Assembly: GCA_030390025.1 (NCBI GenBank)
Contig: CM059432.1
Span: 5,952,001 to 6,016,000, forward strand
DNA: 64,000 nucleotides
Origin: Squalus acanthias
Lineage: Eukaryota
Direction: 5' to 3'
Shown here: positions 50,011 through 64,000 of the stretch, piece by piece
Position numbering within the stretch: the first letter of the stretch is position 1
Layout of the letters: every line of letters begins with the position of its first letter
Notes under the pieces: generated by a model
What the model saw: only the letters and a program-made list of their open reading frames with translations
Databases searched by the model: none
What the model was told of the DNA's origin: nothing
Translations under genes and position numbers: made by a program

Positions 50011-51431
50011 TTAGTTTATATGCTGGGATGTCCTCTACCAAAACATCGGTATCATCCTACATGTTGAAGCGGACCTCATGTCTGCGGATAATGTGTCCAA
50101 CGGGAAACGGATAGATGATAAAGAGGAGCGGCCCAAGGATGGATCCTTGAGATTCCAAAGGTGATGGTGCAGGGATGGGAAAATAAGCCAAAGTGCTCTG
50201 ACTACACTCAAGATAGGCAAGAGTGCGACCAACTGAGGACAGTCCCACAGAACTGGACAATAGACAGGCATTGGTGGAGATGTGATCAACTGTGTCAAAG
50301 GCAGCAGGGAGGTCAAGGAGAAGGGATTCAAACAGTAAGCTTAAAGGGAAAGGATCTTTGGAGATGGCACAGTAGTTTGCAAAGAGAGAAGGGTCAAGGG
50401 TGTTTTTTTTTTGAGGAGACAGGTTATGATGGTGGTTTTGAAAGAAAAAAAAGTGCTTGAATCGAGGGAATTGTTCACAGTATCAGCTAGCAGAGGAGCC
50501 AGGAAGGACAGTTAGGTAATCAGTCCAAATAAGGTCAAGGGAGCAGGAGGTAGGTCTCATTGACAAAATGAGCTTGGAGAACGCATGTTGGAGACAGGGG
50601 GAGAAACAAAAGAAAGATGAGGGCTCAGGGCTAGAATAGGAGTGAGAGTGGTGGGAGGTTTGGCTGAGGCAGCTGTATAGATGGTCTCCATCTTTATGAT
50701 AAAGGAATCCATGAGCTCCTCACACTTGTTGCTGCAAGTGAAGGTGGAAGGCAGGGAAGAGGGGTTTAATAGGGCAGAAAAGGAGCTTGGGTTACCTTCT
50801 TAGCCTTGGACCCCTCCTCTTCCTCATCCACATGTGCCCCTTGATAACATGGGATCAACTGCCATATGTTCGCTAATGACACCCAGCTCTACCTCTCCAC
50901 ATTTGCCACTAACTCTTTCCTCTAAAGCAGACTACTTGGAATCTCGGTGTGCCCAGTTCAATCTCGAGTTCAGCTTCAAATCCCATATCCGCTCAAAAAA
51001 CGTTCTTGTTCGAGGTTCATGACAAGGTTGCTTGATGTTTGGTCTGTACACATTTAGCATACATCATCGACATCTGTTGGTAAACATTTCTGTATCTTTC
51101 AATCCTCTATCCTAGCAAAAAATGCAATGACTGAGAGTCAACTCAACAGAACAATTCCAATCCAAAGGAAACACCAAATGCAAATACAATTTGTAATTTT
51201 TATCAGAATGACCTAGATTGAGAACATTTTTAAGCAAATACCATGGCACAAGAGCTCTGGCATAGGTTGTTTCTATATTTTATGGGGTGTGTGACGAGAT
51301 AGGGGAGAAGGAACAGTTTTCAATTCCAAAAACCATGAAGGGAATCAGAAACTTGAAGATGATGCCCTTGTGTGGCGAATAGAAGACCTAGTCATGCACA
51401 TGAAATTGCACCCAGCAGTAAACAAATTAAT

Positions 51432-52128
51432 GGCCTAGAAATTCCGTTCCCTACAGGTGTGTACGCGCTGTGTACTCACCCGTAGGAGCAACGGAAGTGC
51501 CGGTTTTACGCATGCACTGCGCATGCGCTGGAAACCGGAACTTCTGTTCTCTGCAGAAAGGGCTTGACTGGACAAACGCGTATGCCAGAAACTTCCGTTT
51601 TTTTCAGTTTTATCAGTCCAGGTAAGTCAGGAACAGCTGCGCCTAGAAAAGCTTTTACCAGGCTAATAGTTTAAGTAAATAAAAAAAAATTTCCACTGAT
51701 TTATCATTTTAAAATACTTTAAAGAAAGGTAAGTTTATTTTTAGCCCCGTTAAAAACTTTAATTATCAAAAATTTAAATTTTTGTTTAAAATAGTTAATT
51801 TATGTAATTTATAGTCATTTTAAAAATGTGATTTTTTTTTTTTAATTTATTTGAAGTTTTACTTATGTTTTGGGGCTGATCTCTATTCATAGATTTGACA
51901 GGTCTTCCTGTTAAATGTATGAATGGAGATTCACTGCTCGGATTGGCTCCCCATGGCCCACGTGATCCCACGGACACTGCGATCCGCCTGCGCCCCTGGG
52001 ATACGCGTGCCCTGCACACCGGCAGTTTGAAGAGGCACAGCAACGGAATTCTGCGCCTCCCGGGAGCCCTCCGGTCCAGGCGCAGATCTTTCCGGATCGC
52101 AGCCCTCCGCCCGCGGGATTTCTGGGCC
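51432..52128. mobile_element. Harbinger-like MITE, copy 2, with 3-bp TSD AAT
   Basis: TIR ggcctagaaattcc / gggatttctgggcc; aat at 51429-51431 and 52129-52131. Confidence 0.87.
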
Positions 52129-52139
52129 AATATATCCAA

Positions 52140-53593
52140 CGAAGCACAGATAAAGCAATAAAGCTGGATCTGGTTCTGGGGAATGAGGTAGGTCAAGTGG
52201 TGCAAGTGTCAGTAGGTGAACACTAAGGGAACAGTGATCATAGTATCATAAGGTTTAGATTAGCTATGGAAAAGGACAGGGAGCAATCTAGAGTAAAAAT
52301 GTTTAACTGGGGGAGAAGGCCAATTTCATTGGGATGAGAACAGATCTGGCCCGGGTAAATTGGAATCAAAGATTGGCAGGCAAAACTGTAATGGAACAAT
52401 GGGCTGCCTTTAAAGAGGAAATAGTTCGGGTAGAATCGAGGTACATTCCCACTAGGGGGAAAGGTAGGGCAACTAATGTCAGAGCTCCCTGGATGACGAA
52501 AGAGATAGAGAGTAAGATGAAGCAGAAAAAGAGCGTGTATGACAGATGTCAGGTCGAGAATACATCTGAGAATCAGGTTAAATATAGAAAGTTCAGACGA
52601 GAAGTGAAAAAGAAAATATGGGACAAAGAGAGGGTATGAGAATAGAATGGCAGCTAACATAAAAGGTAATCCAAAAGTCTTCTATAGGCATATAAATCGT
52701 AAACGGGTAGTAAGAGGAGGAGTGGGGCCGAGTAGCGACCAAAAAGGAGACCTACGCATGGAGGCAGAGGGTATGGCTGAGGTACTAAATGAGTACTTTG
52801 CATCTGTCTTCACAAAGGAAGAAGATGCTGCCATGGACATAGTGAAGGAGGAGGTAGAGAAGATACTGGATGGGATAAAAATTGATAAAGGAGGTACACG
52901 AAAGGCTGGCTGTACTTAAAGTAGATACGTCACCAGGACCAGATGGGATGCATCCTAGTACGCTGAAGGAAGTAATCGCGGAGGTACTGGCCATAATCTT
53001 CCAATCCTCCTTAGAAACGGGGGTGGAGCCAGAGGACTGGAGAATTGCAAATGTTACACCCTTGTACAAAAAAGGGTTTAAAGATAAACCCAGCAACTAC
53101 AGTCCAGTCAGATTAACCCTGGTAGCGGGGAAGCTTTTAGAAACAAACAAAATTAACAGTCACTTGGACAAGTGTGGATTAATTAAGGAAAGCCAGCACA
53201 GATTTGTTAAAGGCAAATCGTGTTTAACCAACTTGATCGTGTTTTTTGATGAGGTAACAGAGAGAGTTGATGAGGGCAATGTGGTTGATGTGATATACAT
53301 GGATTTCCAAAAGGCGTTCCACAAAGTGCCACATAATAGGCTTGCCAGCAAAGTTGAAGCCCATGGAATAAAAGGGATAGTGGCAGCATGGATATGAAAT
53401 TGGCCAAGTGACAGGAAACAGAAAGTAGTGGTGAACGGTTGTTTATCGGACTGGAGGAAGGTATACAGTGGTGTTCACCAGGGGTCGGTTCTACGACCAC
53501 CGCTTTTCTTGATATATATTAATGACTTGGATATGGGTGTACAGGGCACAATTTCGAAATTTGCAGATGACACGAAACTTGGAAGTATAGTGA
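52140..53593 (+). mobile_element. CR1 LINE ORF2 fragment (RT)
   Basis: [40 protein letters not shown]. Confidence 0.9.
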
Positions 53594-54143
53594 AACATAG
53601 AAGATAGGAGCAGGAGTAGGCCATTCGGCCCCTCGAGCCTGCTCCGCCATTTAATGAGATCATGGCTGATCATCTAAATTCAGTACCCTGTCCCTGCTTT
53701 CTCCCCATATCCTTTGATCCCTTTAGCCTTAAGAAATATATCTAACTCCTTCTTGAATATATTTAATGAATTGGCCTCAACTGCCTTCTGTGGTAGAGAA
53801 TTCCACAGGTTCACCACTCTCTGGGTGAAGAAATTCCTCCTCATCTCAGTCCTAAATGGCTTACCCCTTATCCTTAGACTGTGACCTCTGGTTCTGGACT
53901 CCCCCGCCATCGGGAACATCCTTCCTGCATCTAGTCTGTCTAGTCCTGTTAGAATTTTATAAGTTTCAATGAGATCCCCCCTCATTCTTCTAAACTCTAG
54001 CGAATACAAGCCTATTGACCCAATCTCTCTTCATACGTCATTCCTGCCATCCCAGGTATCAGTCTGGTGATTCTTCGCTGCACTCCCTCCATGGCAAGAA
54101 CATCCCTCCTCAGATAAGGCGACGAAAACTGCACACTATACTG
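53594..54143 (-). mobile_element. Young CR1 LINE 3' fragment
   Basis: YSLEFRRMRGDLIETYKIL...LWNSLPQK. Confidence 0.9.
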
Positions 54144-54270
54144 GCCGTGGGGAGGGGCGCGGCGGGTGGAAGAGAGGAGATCGGATTTCAGGGGGCAGGT
54201 CAGTGGATCACGGGTTGGAGGATAGGGTGGGGAGACACTCCTGCTACAAGCAGTGCTGGAAAGGTACTTG

Positions 54271-57130
54271 CATAAGAACATAAGAAATAGGAGCAGGAGT
54301 CGGCCATTTGGCCCCTCGAGCCTGCTCCGCCATTCGATAAGATCATGGCTGATCTGGTCTTGGGCTCAGCTCCCACTTCCCTGCCCGCTCCCCATAACCC
54401 TCAACTCCCTTATCATTCAAAAATCTGTCTATCTCCACCTTAAATATATTCAATGACCCAGCCTCCACAGCTCTCTAGGGTAGAGAATTCCAAAGATTCA
54501 CGACCCTCAGAGAAGAAATTCCTCCTCATTTCCGTTTTAAATGGGCGACCCCTTATTCTGAAATTATGCCCCCTAGTTCTAGATTCCCCCATGAGGGGAA
54601 ACATCCTCTCAGCATCTACCCTGTCAAGCCCCCTCAGAATCTTATATGTTTCAATAAGATCACCTCTCATTCTTCTAAACTCCAATGAGTATAGGCCCAA
54701 CCTGCTCAACTTTTCTTCATAAGACAACCCCTTCATCTCAGGAATTAACCTAGTAAGCCTTCTCGGAACTGCCTCCAATGCAAGTATAGCACTCCTTAAA
54801 TAAGCAGACCAAAACTGTATGCAGTACTCCAGGTGTGGTCTCACCAACACCCTGTACAGTTGTAGCAAAACTTCCCTATTTTTATACTCCATCACCCTTG
54901 CAATATAGGCCAACATTCCATTTGTCTTCCTAATTATTTGTTGTGCCTGCGTGCTAACCTTTTGCGTTCCATGTACAATGACCCCCAGATCCCTCTGTAC
55001 CGCAGCATTTTGTAGTCTCCCTCCATTTAAATAATTAAATTGCTTTTTTATTTTTCCTATCAAAGTGGATAACCTCACATTTTCCCACATTATACTCCAT
55101 CTGCCAAATTTTTGCCCACTCACTTAACCTATCTATATCCCTTTGCAGAATCTGTGTCCTCTTCACAACTTGCTTTCCCACCTATCTTTGTATCAGCAGA
55201 AAATTTGGCTACATTGCACTCGGTCCCTTCATCCAAGTCATTAATATAGATTGTAAACAGCTGAGGCCCCAGCACTGATCCCTGTGGCACCCCACTAGTT
55301 ACAGTTTGCCAACCTGAAAGTGACCCATTTATCCCGACTCTCTGTTTTGTTAGTTAGCCAATCCTCTATCCATGCTAATATATTACCCGCAACCCCATGA
55401 GCTCTTATCTTGTGCCGTAACCTTTTATGTGGCACCTTATCGAATGCCTTCTGGAAATCCAAATACACTGCATCTACTGGTTCCCTTTTATCCACCCTGC
55501 ACGTTACATCCTCAAAGAACTCTAGTAAATTTGTCAAACATGATTTCCCTTTCATAAAACCATGCTGACTCTGCTTGACTGTATTATGATTTTCTAAATG
55601 TCCTGCTACTACTTTCTTAATAATGGATTCCAGCATTTTCCCAATGACAGATGTTAGGCTAACTGGCCTATAGTTTCCTGCTTTCTGTCTCCCTCCTTTC
55701 TTGAACAGGGGTGTTACATTTGTGGTTTTCCAATCCGCTGGGACCTCTCCAGAATCCAGGTAATTTTGATAGTGGATGCATTAGTTGTAATCTATCTCTA
55801 CAGCCAGTTCTTTTAAGACCCTAGGATGCAGGCCATCAGGTCCAGGAGATTTGTCCACCTTTAGTTTGCCTAGTACTTTTTCTCTAGTGACGGTGATTGT
55901 TTTACGTTCCTCCCTCCCTATGACCCCTTGATTATCTTTTATTATTGGGATGCTTTTAGTGTCTTCTACCATGAAGACCAATACAAAATATTTGTTCAAA
56001 GTCTCTGCCATTTCCCTGTTTCCCATTATTAATTCCCCAGTCTCATCCTCTAAGGGACCAAAGTTTACTTTAGTTACTCTCTTCCCTTTTATATACTTGT
56101 AGAAGCTCTTACTGTCTGTTTTTATATTTCTTGCTAGTTTACTCTCATAATCTATCTTCTCTCTCTATTATTTTTTTAGTCATCCTTTGCTAGTTTCTAA
56201 AAATTTCCCACTCTGGCCTACCACTAATCTTCACATCATTGTATGCCTTTGTTTTCAATTTGATACCATCCTTAACCTCCTTAGTTAGCCACAGATGGTT
56301 CATTCTTCTCTTAGTCTTTCTTTCTCACTGGAATATATCTTTGCTGAGAGTTATGAAATATCTCCTTAAATGTCTGCCACTGCTTATCTACCGTCTTACC
56401 CTTTAATCTATTTTCCCAGTCCACTTTAGCCAACTCTGTCTTCATACCTTTGTAATTGCCTTTATTTAAGTTCAGGACACTAGTTTGAGACCCAAATTTC
56501 TCACCCTCAAACTGAATTTGAAATTCTAACATGCTATGATCACTCTTCCCGAGAGGATCCTTTACTATGAGATCATTAATAATCCTCTCTCATTATACAT
56601 TACCAGATCTAAAATAGCCTGGTTCTACAACGTATTGTTCGAAGAAACCATCCTGAATACACTCTATGAACTCTTCCTCAAGGTTACCTTTGCCAATTTG
56701 ATTTGTCCAATCTACAAGAAGATTAAAATCACCCATGATTATTGCAGTACTTTTCTTACAAGCCCCCATTATTTCTTGATTTATACTCTGTCCTACAGTG
56801 TAGCTACTGTTAGGGGGACTATGAACTACTCCCACCAGTGACTTCTTTCCCTTATTATTTCTTATCTCCACCCAAACTGATTCTACATCTTGATCTTCTG
56901 AGCCAATATCATTTCTCACTACTGCACTGATCTCATCCTTCATTAACAGAGCTACCCCACCTCCTTTTCCTTTCTGCCTATCCTTCCGAAATGTCAAATA
57001 CCCTGAATATTCAGTTCCCAGCCTTGGTCACCTTGCAACCACGTCTTTGTAATGGCTATCAGATCATAACCATTTATTTCTATTTGTGCCATCAACTCAT
57101 TTATCTTGTTACGAATGCTGCGTGCATTCG
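54271..57130 (-). mobile_element. CR1 LINE with nearly all of ORF2 (APE endonuclease plus RT), frameshifted
   Basis: FRKDRQKGKGGGVAL, IIMGDFN, KSPGPDGLHP, QHGFMKGKSCLTNL, VRPHLEYC; (taagaaca)n tail. Flanked by MITE-like sequence on both sides (~54143-54270 and ~57156-57440). Confidence 0.93.
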
Positions 57131-57840
57131 TAAGATAAATGAGTTGACGGCACAACTTCCTTGATGGATCCGGCCGTTCTCACCTCCCTTCAGCTGCTGC
57201 GTTTCCAGAGCCCTGGGAAACCCGGCCTGCAGGTGCTAAATCTAAAAGTCTGCAAAATTTAAGGCGCGCAGCCTCATTGAAATATTTAAATGACGGACCC
57301 GCCTCTCAAGAGCAGATTAGTCACCCGACCCCCAACCCACCTCTATTAAAATCAGAAGTAGGCACGTTGGAGGCAGGTTTCAGATGTTTTAAATTTTAAC
57401 CCCCCTCTCGCCCATCATGGGGGTTTTAAATGCACCCCCCTCCCCCGATCTGTTCTGACACTCAGGCTGAATCACTGCTCATATTCTTATTTCAACCACT
57501 CAGCCTGATGATGAAGCTTCTACTCAAGCCAACAGTTGGGAAGAGTGCAAGATTGAAAAAATATAAACATGGAATATAGTTACACCCTTATTTTGGCATG
57601 GTTTTCTCACATTGCTAAACTGTCACGGTGATGCAACTGCTGTGTAAGCAGTTAAAAAGAATGATTGTATGGAGTATGTAACTTGCTTATCACAAAATCC
57701 AATTTACAATCAACTGAATTTATCAAATAGCAATTACATAACCATAACCTAATAGAGAAGAGATAAGCTGAACTGGTACAACTGATCTCTGCATTCTGTG
57801 GATCTGCTGTGTGAATTCGGGACATAAGTGATGAGCAAAG

Positions 57841-58013
57841 CAATGTTCCCCTAAGGTGTGTGGCTGTGCGGCCCCACAGTAATCTCAAATGTCCCGCGCA
57901 GGCCACTCACCGGCTTTTCCATTGTAAATACCACACATGCGCAGAAATTTAAAGGGACAGGCATTAAAAGAAACAGGCCACGCAGAACAAAGCGCAGCTT
58001 ACAGGGAACATTG
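57841..58013. mobile_element. hAT-type MITE (173 bp) with perfect 8-bp TSD
   Basis: TIR caatgttccc / gggaacattg; TSD gagcaaag at 57833-57840 and 58014-58021. Confidence 0.92.
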
Positions 58014-59599
58014 GAGCAAAGACCATTCAGCCCAACAAAGCTCATCTTCCAAATTACATCACTTAGACACCATTCTGACAGATACAACTTATGCTTCTCT
58101 ACCCTTTCCAATCATCACACTTTAAAAACATCTGATGAATGCATTTCCCATCATTTGAAACATAATTAAATCCGAGCAAGTTTGAGTTGCCAGAAAATGC
58201 AGACGAAATGCTCATCTATCTGAATTTAAATGACTTTACAGTTGAGGTAAACATTTAGAATAGGCTGATTTTATAGGCCTGCACATTGTTAAGATATAAA
58301 CCGTTTCCATCACTGTGTGAGCCGCTGACATTTCTGAGTTAATGAGTGCACGTTCAATGCAGACCGTTCAGACTGTCAGCATTATCAAAGCAGCAAAAAT
58401 TTACCCGGCAGATGAACCGAATTGTAATACCAAGCACAAGCACGTGTGTAATTCATCAAATGAGCCTCCTGCTTGTTGCTGCTTTTGTTGTTCAGAGTTT
58501 ATTATATAGTACACATTGCAGTGCATTGGCGACACAAAACAAGCGTGCACAGTACATTTTGTCTGAAGTTAATCACATATTGGTTCAGTACAGTCAGACT
58601 CAAGTCATATTTGGCTGTTCATAAAATACTGCAGAGCATCATCATCTACAGAGCCAATTAGTATTATTATATAGGGTAAACCATATACTGTGGTTTTTCT
58701 GTTCTATGTGAGTTGCAATAGAGATTCATCTCACGCACAATGATAACAAATAACTATTATACTTCATGCATAGCTCAGCCTTTGAGCTTCAATCATTGGC
58801 CAACAAAAGTCCAAAGGTGGTGAAAATTGCCCTAGTATATGGCGTGTGTAAAACCACCTTTATGCTCAAGGTACACCCTGGCACAGTACTTCTGCAGAGA
58901 AAGTTCAAGTGCCATTAAACCTAGGCTTATTTTATCAATAAGGGGGTTGTCCTGTTCTACTTGTGAATGATCTTATCTGTGTTCACTGCATTTAAAGCCA
59001 AGAAGTATATTAATAGCTGCATTCCACACAATTTTCTTACATTAAATCAAAAGTCACCGTTAAAATAATGAACTCCCAAGAAGATTTTGAAGATTTTTTT
59101 TTTTAATGGACCAAGTTTTATTCTAGGCAGTCAGCCGATTGTATCATAGCTTCGACCTTCAGCTTGGGCGCAAGCAACTACACCAAATACAACTTAATGA
59201 AGTATTTGGACACTATGGGGTAGAAATTAGTCTGGGGCCATTTTCGGGCCCAGACTCGGCACTGCGCGAGCAGCGAACACCCGAACAGAGAAACCCGAAG
59301 ATGTCCTGTAACTGAGCCGTGGGCTTCATCTACACCTTCGGAGTGAGCTGCCGGCACCTGTTGGCCTCCACAGGCAGCTCACCCCACCAGAGAAATTAAT
59401 TTCGGGCCACCGGCAGCAGCTCTCAATTACGTTCTGGGAGAGGGGTCGGATTGTACAACTGGCGGGGGTGAGACGCAATTGTCAGGACTGTGGAGCAGAG
59501 GGCTGCACTCCTGCTTTTCCTGGAACCACAGAAAGGATTTATTTTAAAACACCTTTTAAAACTTATGTGCAGTAGGCGGCCACGAGAGAGGCTGAAGAA

Positions 59600-62500
59600 T
59601 CCCAACGCCTGCCCCGCTCAGCACGGATCTGAGCAGAGGCGGCGGCATAAAGGGAGCACCGGAGAACAACCAGGACACATCACGGACCTGAGCGGAGGCG
59701 GCGGCATAAAGGCAGCTGAGCGCGACTTAAAAACAAGGAGTGATGTCACAGGACAGCAGGTAGGTGATTGGTTGGTGAGCATTACAGGTCTTTTGCTCTG
59801 CAGGTTTGGTAAGTGGATTAGATTCAGAACTGGGAGTGTATTAACTACTATAACTTTATTGAATTAATAATTTAAACTAAATTAACTAATTAAAACTAAA
59901 AATAATCATTTGAATAAAAACTGTAACTAATTATATAAATAAAATAAGGTTAGACAGAAAAGCAAAATACTGCAGATGCTGGAAATCTGAAATAAAAACA
60001 GAAAATGCTGGAACTTCTCAGCAGGTCAGGCAGCATCTGTAGAGAGAGAAACAGTTTTTTTCTCTCACATGGCAGCTGTTGATGATTCTGCCATTGCCAT
60101 TTACACCTCATCCAGAGTCATCTTTGTCTTTTTAACTTGTCCCGTAACCATCTCCTTCTGCCTTGCACCATCATGGGGCACTGGCACCAGTACTGGGGAA
60201 AGGGGGAGCTGTTCCGTTGGGACGGGCTCAACTTAAACCGGGCTGGAACCAGTGTCCTGGCGAATCAAATAACTAGGGCAGTAGACAGGGCTTTAAACTA
60301 ATGAAGGGGGGGGGGGGGGGGAAGCATTCAGGAAAGAGTAAATTTAAAAGCAGCAAGGGAAATGTCAAGGCTCTGGAGCAGAGCAGAGTTTTGGGTAAAA
60401 ATAAGCAGAGTGGGTCAGGAAGGGACAGAGAGAGTAACAAAGGTAATAGGGCATCAGTGACTAAGGTGACAGCGGGGGAAAATAGAAAAAAGTCAAAGCC
60501 AAAGGCACTATATCTGAATGTGCGAAGCATTCGCAACAAAACAGATTAATTATTAGCGCAGATAGAAATTAATAGGTTTGATCTAATAGCCATTACGGAG
60601 ATGTGGTTGCAAAGTGACCAAGGTTGGGAAATAAATATTCCAGGATACTTAACTTTTAGAAGAGATAGGCAAAACGGAAAAGGAGGAGGGGTAGCCTTGA
60701 TAATAAAGGATGGGATAAAGACAGTAGAGAGAAAGGATCTTGGTTTGGAAAATCAAGAAGTAGAATCAGTTTGGGTGGAGCTAAGAAAGAGCAAGATGCA
60801 GAAAACAACTCCCACCAAACAGTAGTTATAATGTAGGGCAGAGCATAAATCAGGAAATTAGAGGAGCACGTAACAAGGGTAATACAGTAATCATGGGGAA
60901 CTTTAATCTACATTTCGGCTGGGCAAACCAAATTTGCAGTAATAATATGGAGGACAAGTTCATGGAATGTATACAAGATAGTTTTCCAGATCAGTATGTT
61001 GAGGAACCAACTAGGGAACAGACTATTTTAGATCTAGTATTGTGCAATGAAAGCGTTAATTAATAACCTTGTAGTAAAGGGGCCTTTAGGGAAGAGTAAC
61101 CATAATATGATAACTAAATCACTTTCAAACTCAATATCAAATGTTAAGTCCGAAACTAGGGTCTTAAATCTAAACAAAGCAAACTACGTAGGTATGAGGG
61201 GCGAATCTAAGGTAGATTAGGAAACATTAAAAGGTATGACGGTAGACAAGCAATGGCTAGCATTTAAAAAATCAATACATAATTTACAACAAATATACAT
61301 TCCTTTAAGGCACAAAAACCCCACAGGAAAAGTGGTCCAACCGTGGCTAACAAGAGAAGTTAAAGATAGTATTAAGGAAGAGGATCATAATGTTTCCAAA
61401 AGGAGTAGTAAGCCTGAGGATTGGGAGGATTTTAGAATTCAGCAAAGGAGGACCAAGAAATTGATAAGGAAAGAGAAAAAAGAATGAGAGTAAATTAGCA
61501 AGAGACATGCAGATTGTAAATGTTTCTATAGGTATGTAAATAGGAAGAGATTAGTGAAAGTAAACGTGGGCCCATTAGAGGCAGAGACAGGAGAAATTAT
61601 AATGGGCAATAAGGAAATGGCAGACACATTAAACAAATACTTTGGGCTGGATTTTGATACTGGGGCGGGTTGGGGTCGTGTCATCCACTTTTCGTGTTAT
61701 CCACCCAATTGCAATTGGATGTGGGAGATTGATGCGATTTTCACCAAATTGGGCAATTGAGTTCCAGCATGTGGGAACCCATGAACCAATTAGTGTTTTC
61801 AGTCTGAAAGTCGCCTCTGATGATGTCATCATTGCTGCTGCATTGAAGGTCTGGAGAGACTGCCTGACCTTTGCTGTGAGGGGGCCTGGATGCAAAATGA
61901 GCAGCAGCAGCCCTAAGTGTGCTCCCAGATATTTTTACACCACCACTCAGACAGAGAGAGAGAGAGAGAGAGAAAGTGTGCTCCCGCCAGGTTTCACAAT
62001 CGTGGTTCAGAACAGGCGTGCTTCACGTAGAACAAGGGTTAAAATCACAAAGGCCTTTCAAAATGGCATTATAGAGCCAATTTAGTGCTTGTTAAGGGCC
62101 TTAACAGCCTATCCCGTCTCTTAAAGGCGGGACACAGTCGGGACCAGCAGACACGATTTCATGAAAATTGCATGGAGGCGGACTTCTGCCCGCCCGCCAG
62201 TTTTCGCAATTTTAACCCCCCACACGCCTCCAAACCCGCCTCCACGGGGCAATGAAAATCCAGCCCTTTGTGTCTGTCTTCACAGCAGAAGACACAAAAA
62301 AACATTCCGGAATAATGGGGAATCAAGGGTCCAGAGAGAATGAGGAACTTAAATAAATCAGTATATGTAACGACATAGTGCTGGAGAAATTAATGGGACT
62401 AAGTGGCGACAAATCCCCTGGACCGGACGACCTGCATCCTAGGGTTTTAAAAGAGGTAGCTGCAGAGATAGTGGATTCACTGGTATTAATCTTCCAGAAT

Positions 62501-63952
62501 TCCCTAGATTCTAGAACAGTCCCCAAGGATTGGAAGGTAGCAGCCATCCCCGCTATTTATGTAAGGAGGAAGAGAAAAAACGGGGAACTATAGGCCAGTT
62601 CGCCTGACATCAGTAGTAGGCAAAATGCTAGAATCTATTATTAGGGACGTGGTAACAGGGCACTTAGAAAATCAAAATATGATTAGGCAGAGTCAAGTTA
62701 GTTGTATGAAAGGGAAATCGTGTTTGACAAATCTGTTAGAGTTTTTTGAAGATGTAACCAGTAGGATGGATAAGGGGGAACCAGTGGATGTAGCGTATTT
62801 GGATTTTCAAAAAGCATTCGATAAGGTGCCACACAAGAGGTTACTACACAAAATTAGGACTCATGGGATTGGGGTTAATATATTAGCATGGATTGAGGAT
62901 TGGTTAATGGACAGAAAACAGAGAGTAGGAATAAATGGGACTTTTTCAGGTTGGCAGGCTGTAACTAGCAGGGGTACCGCAAGGATCAGTGCTTGGACCT
63001 CAGCTATTTACAATCTACATTAATGACTTAGATGAAGGGACTGAGTGTAACGTATCCAAGTTTGCTGATGATACAAAGTTTGGTGGGAAAGTAAGCTGTG
63101 AGAAGGACGCAAAGAGGCTGCAGAGAAAAAGACAGGTTGATTGAGTGGGTAAGAACATGGCAAATGGAATACAATGAGGGGAAGTGTAAAGTTATCCACT
63201 TTGGTAGGAAAAACAAAAAAGCAGAATATTTTTTGAATGGTGAGAGACTGGGAAACGTTGGTGTTCAGAGGGACCTGGGTGTCCTTGTACACGAATCACA
63301 GAAAGTTAACATGCAGGTACAGCAAGCAATTAGGAAAGCAAATGGTATGTTAGCTTTTGTTACATAGGGATAAGAGTATAAGAGTAAAGAAGTCTTACTA
63401 CAATTATACAGGGCATTGGTGAGGCCACACCTGGAGTACCGTGTACAGTTCAAGTCTCCTTACCTAAGGAAAGACATACTTGCCTTATATGGAGGGCAAC
63501 AAAGGTTCACTAGACTGGTTCCTAGGATGAGGTGATTGCCCTCTGAGAAGAGATTGAGCAGACTAGGCCTATATTCCTTAGAGTTTAGAAGAATGAGAGG
63601 TGATCTAATTGAAACATATAAAATTCTTAAGGGGCTTGACAGGGTTAATGCTGAGAATATGTTTCCCCTGGCTGGGGAATCTAGAACACGGGGTCACTGT
63701 CTCAGAATAAGGGGTAGGCCATTTAGGACTGAGATGAGGAGAAATTTCTTCACTCAAAGTGTTGTGAATCTTTGGAATTCTCTACCCCAGAGAGCTGCGG
63801 ATGCTCAGTCGTTGAGTATATTCAAGACAGAAGTCGATAAATTTTTGGCAACTAAGGGAATTAAAGGATATGGGGATCGTGCGGGAAGGTGGAGTTGAGG
63901 TAGATCAGCCATGATCTTGTTGAATGGCGGAGCAGGCTCCTATGTTCTTATG
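59600..63952 (+). mobile_element. Long degraded CR1 LINE (5' region, endonuclease, RT, 3' tail) with nested Penelope fragment (~59955-60175) and a MITE
   Basis: LYLNVRSIRN, FRRDRQNGKGGGVAL, KSPGPDDLHP, LDFQKAFDKVPH, FADDTK; tail tatgttcttatg; many stops and frameshifts. The 5' boundary is approximate. Confidence 0.9.
61644..62266. mobile_element. Harbinger-like MITE inserted into CR1 ORF2, 3-bp TSD TTT
   Basis: Perfect 12-bp TIR gggctggatttt / aaaatccagccc; removing the element and one ttt restores CR1 NKYF|VSVFT. Confidence 0.93.
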
Positions 63953-64000
63953 CTCATCTGTAATAAATTTTGTAGAGGGGTCCATCAATCCAACGTTAAT

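Noticed and set aside
1..64000. Additional STK3 exons (upstream ...DIHPMR; downstream HPFI...)
   Set aside because: Not found by eye or in the ORF track. They probably lie outside the window, though short exons could be missed without spliced alignment.

Overview
Vertebrate intronic DNA, most likely from a cartilaginous fish (inferred from the repeat content: Deu-type tRNA SINEs, CR1, L2, RTE and Penelope; the species cannot be determined). The only host-gene coding sequence I can support is one 138-nt exon of STK3/MST2 (Hippo kinase) on the minus strand (24683-24820), so the window is probably two large STK3 introns. The rest is a dense, nested transposon landscape. Main items: (1) a ~9.9-kb almost T-free, G/A-rich composite minisatellite (10702-20578), which explains all the giant ORFs in the track; (2) a complete Tigger/pogo DNA transposon with a DD32D transposase broken only by two stop codons and a 48-bp tandem array upstream of it; (3) a ~760-bp inverted segmental duplication; (4) Penelope remnants, including a degenerate minimal hammerhead motif and a palindromic mini-insertion with a 14-bp TSD; (5) several Harbinger-type and hAT-type MITEs with verifiable TIRs/TSDs. 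I see no convincing new protein-coding system. Family names come from motif recognition, not database searches, and most repeat boundaries are approximate.
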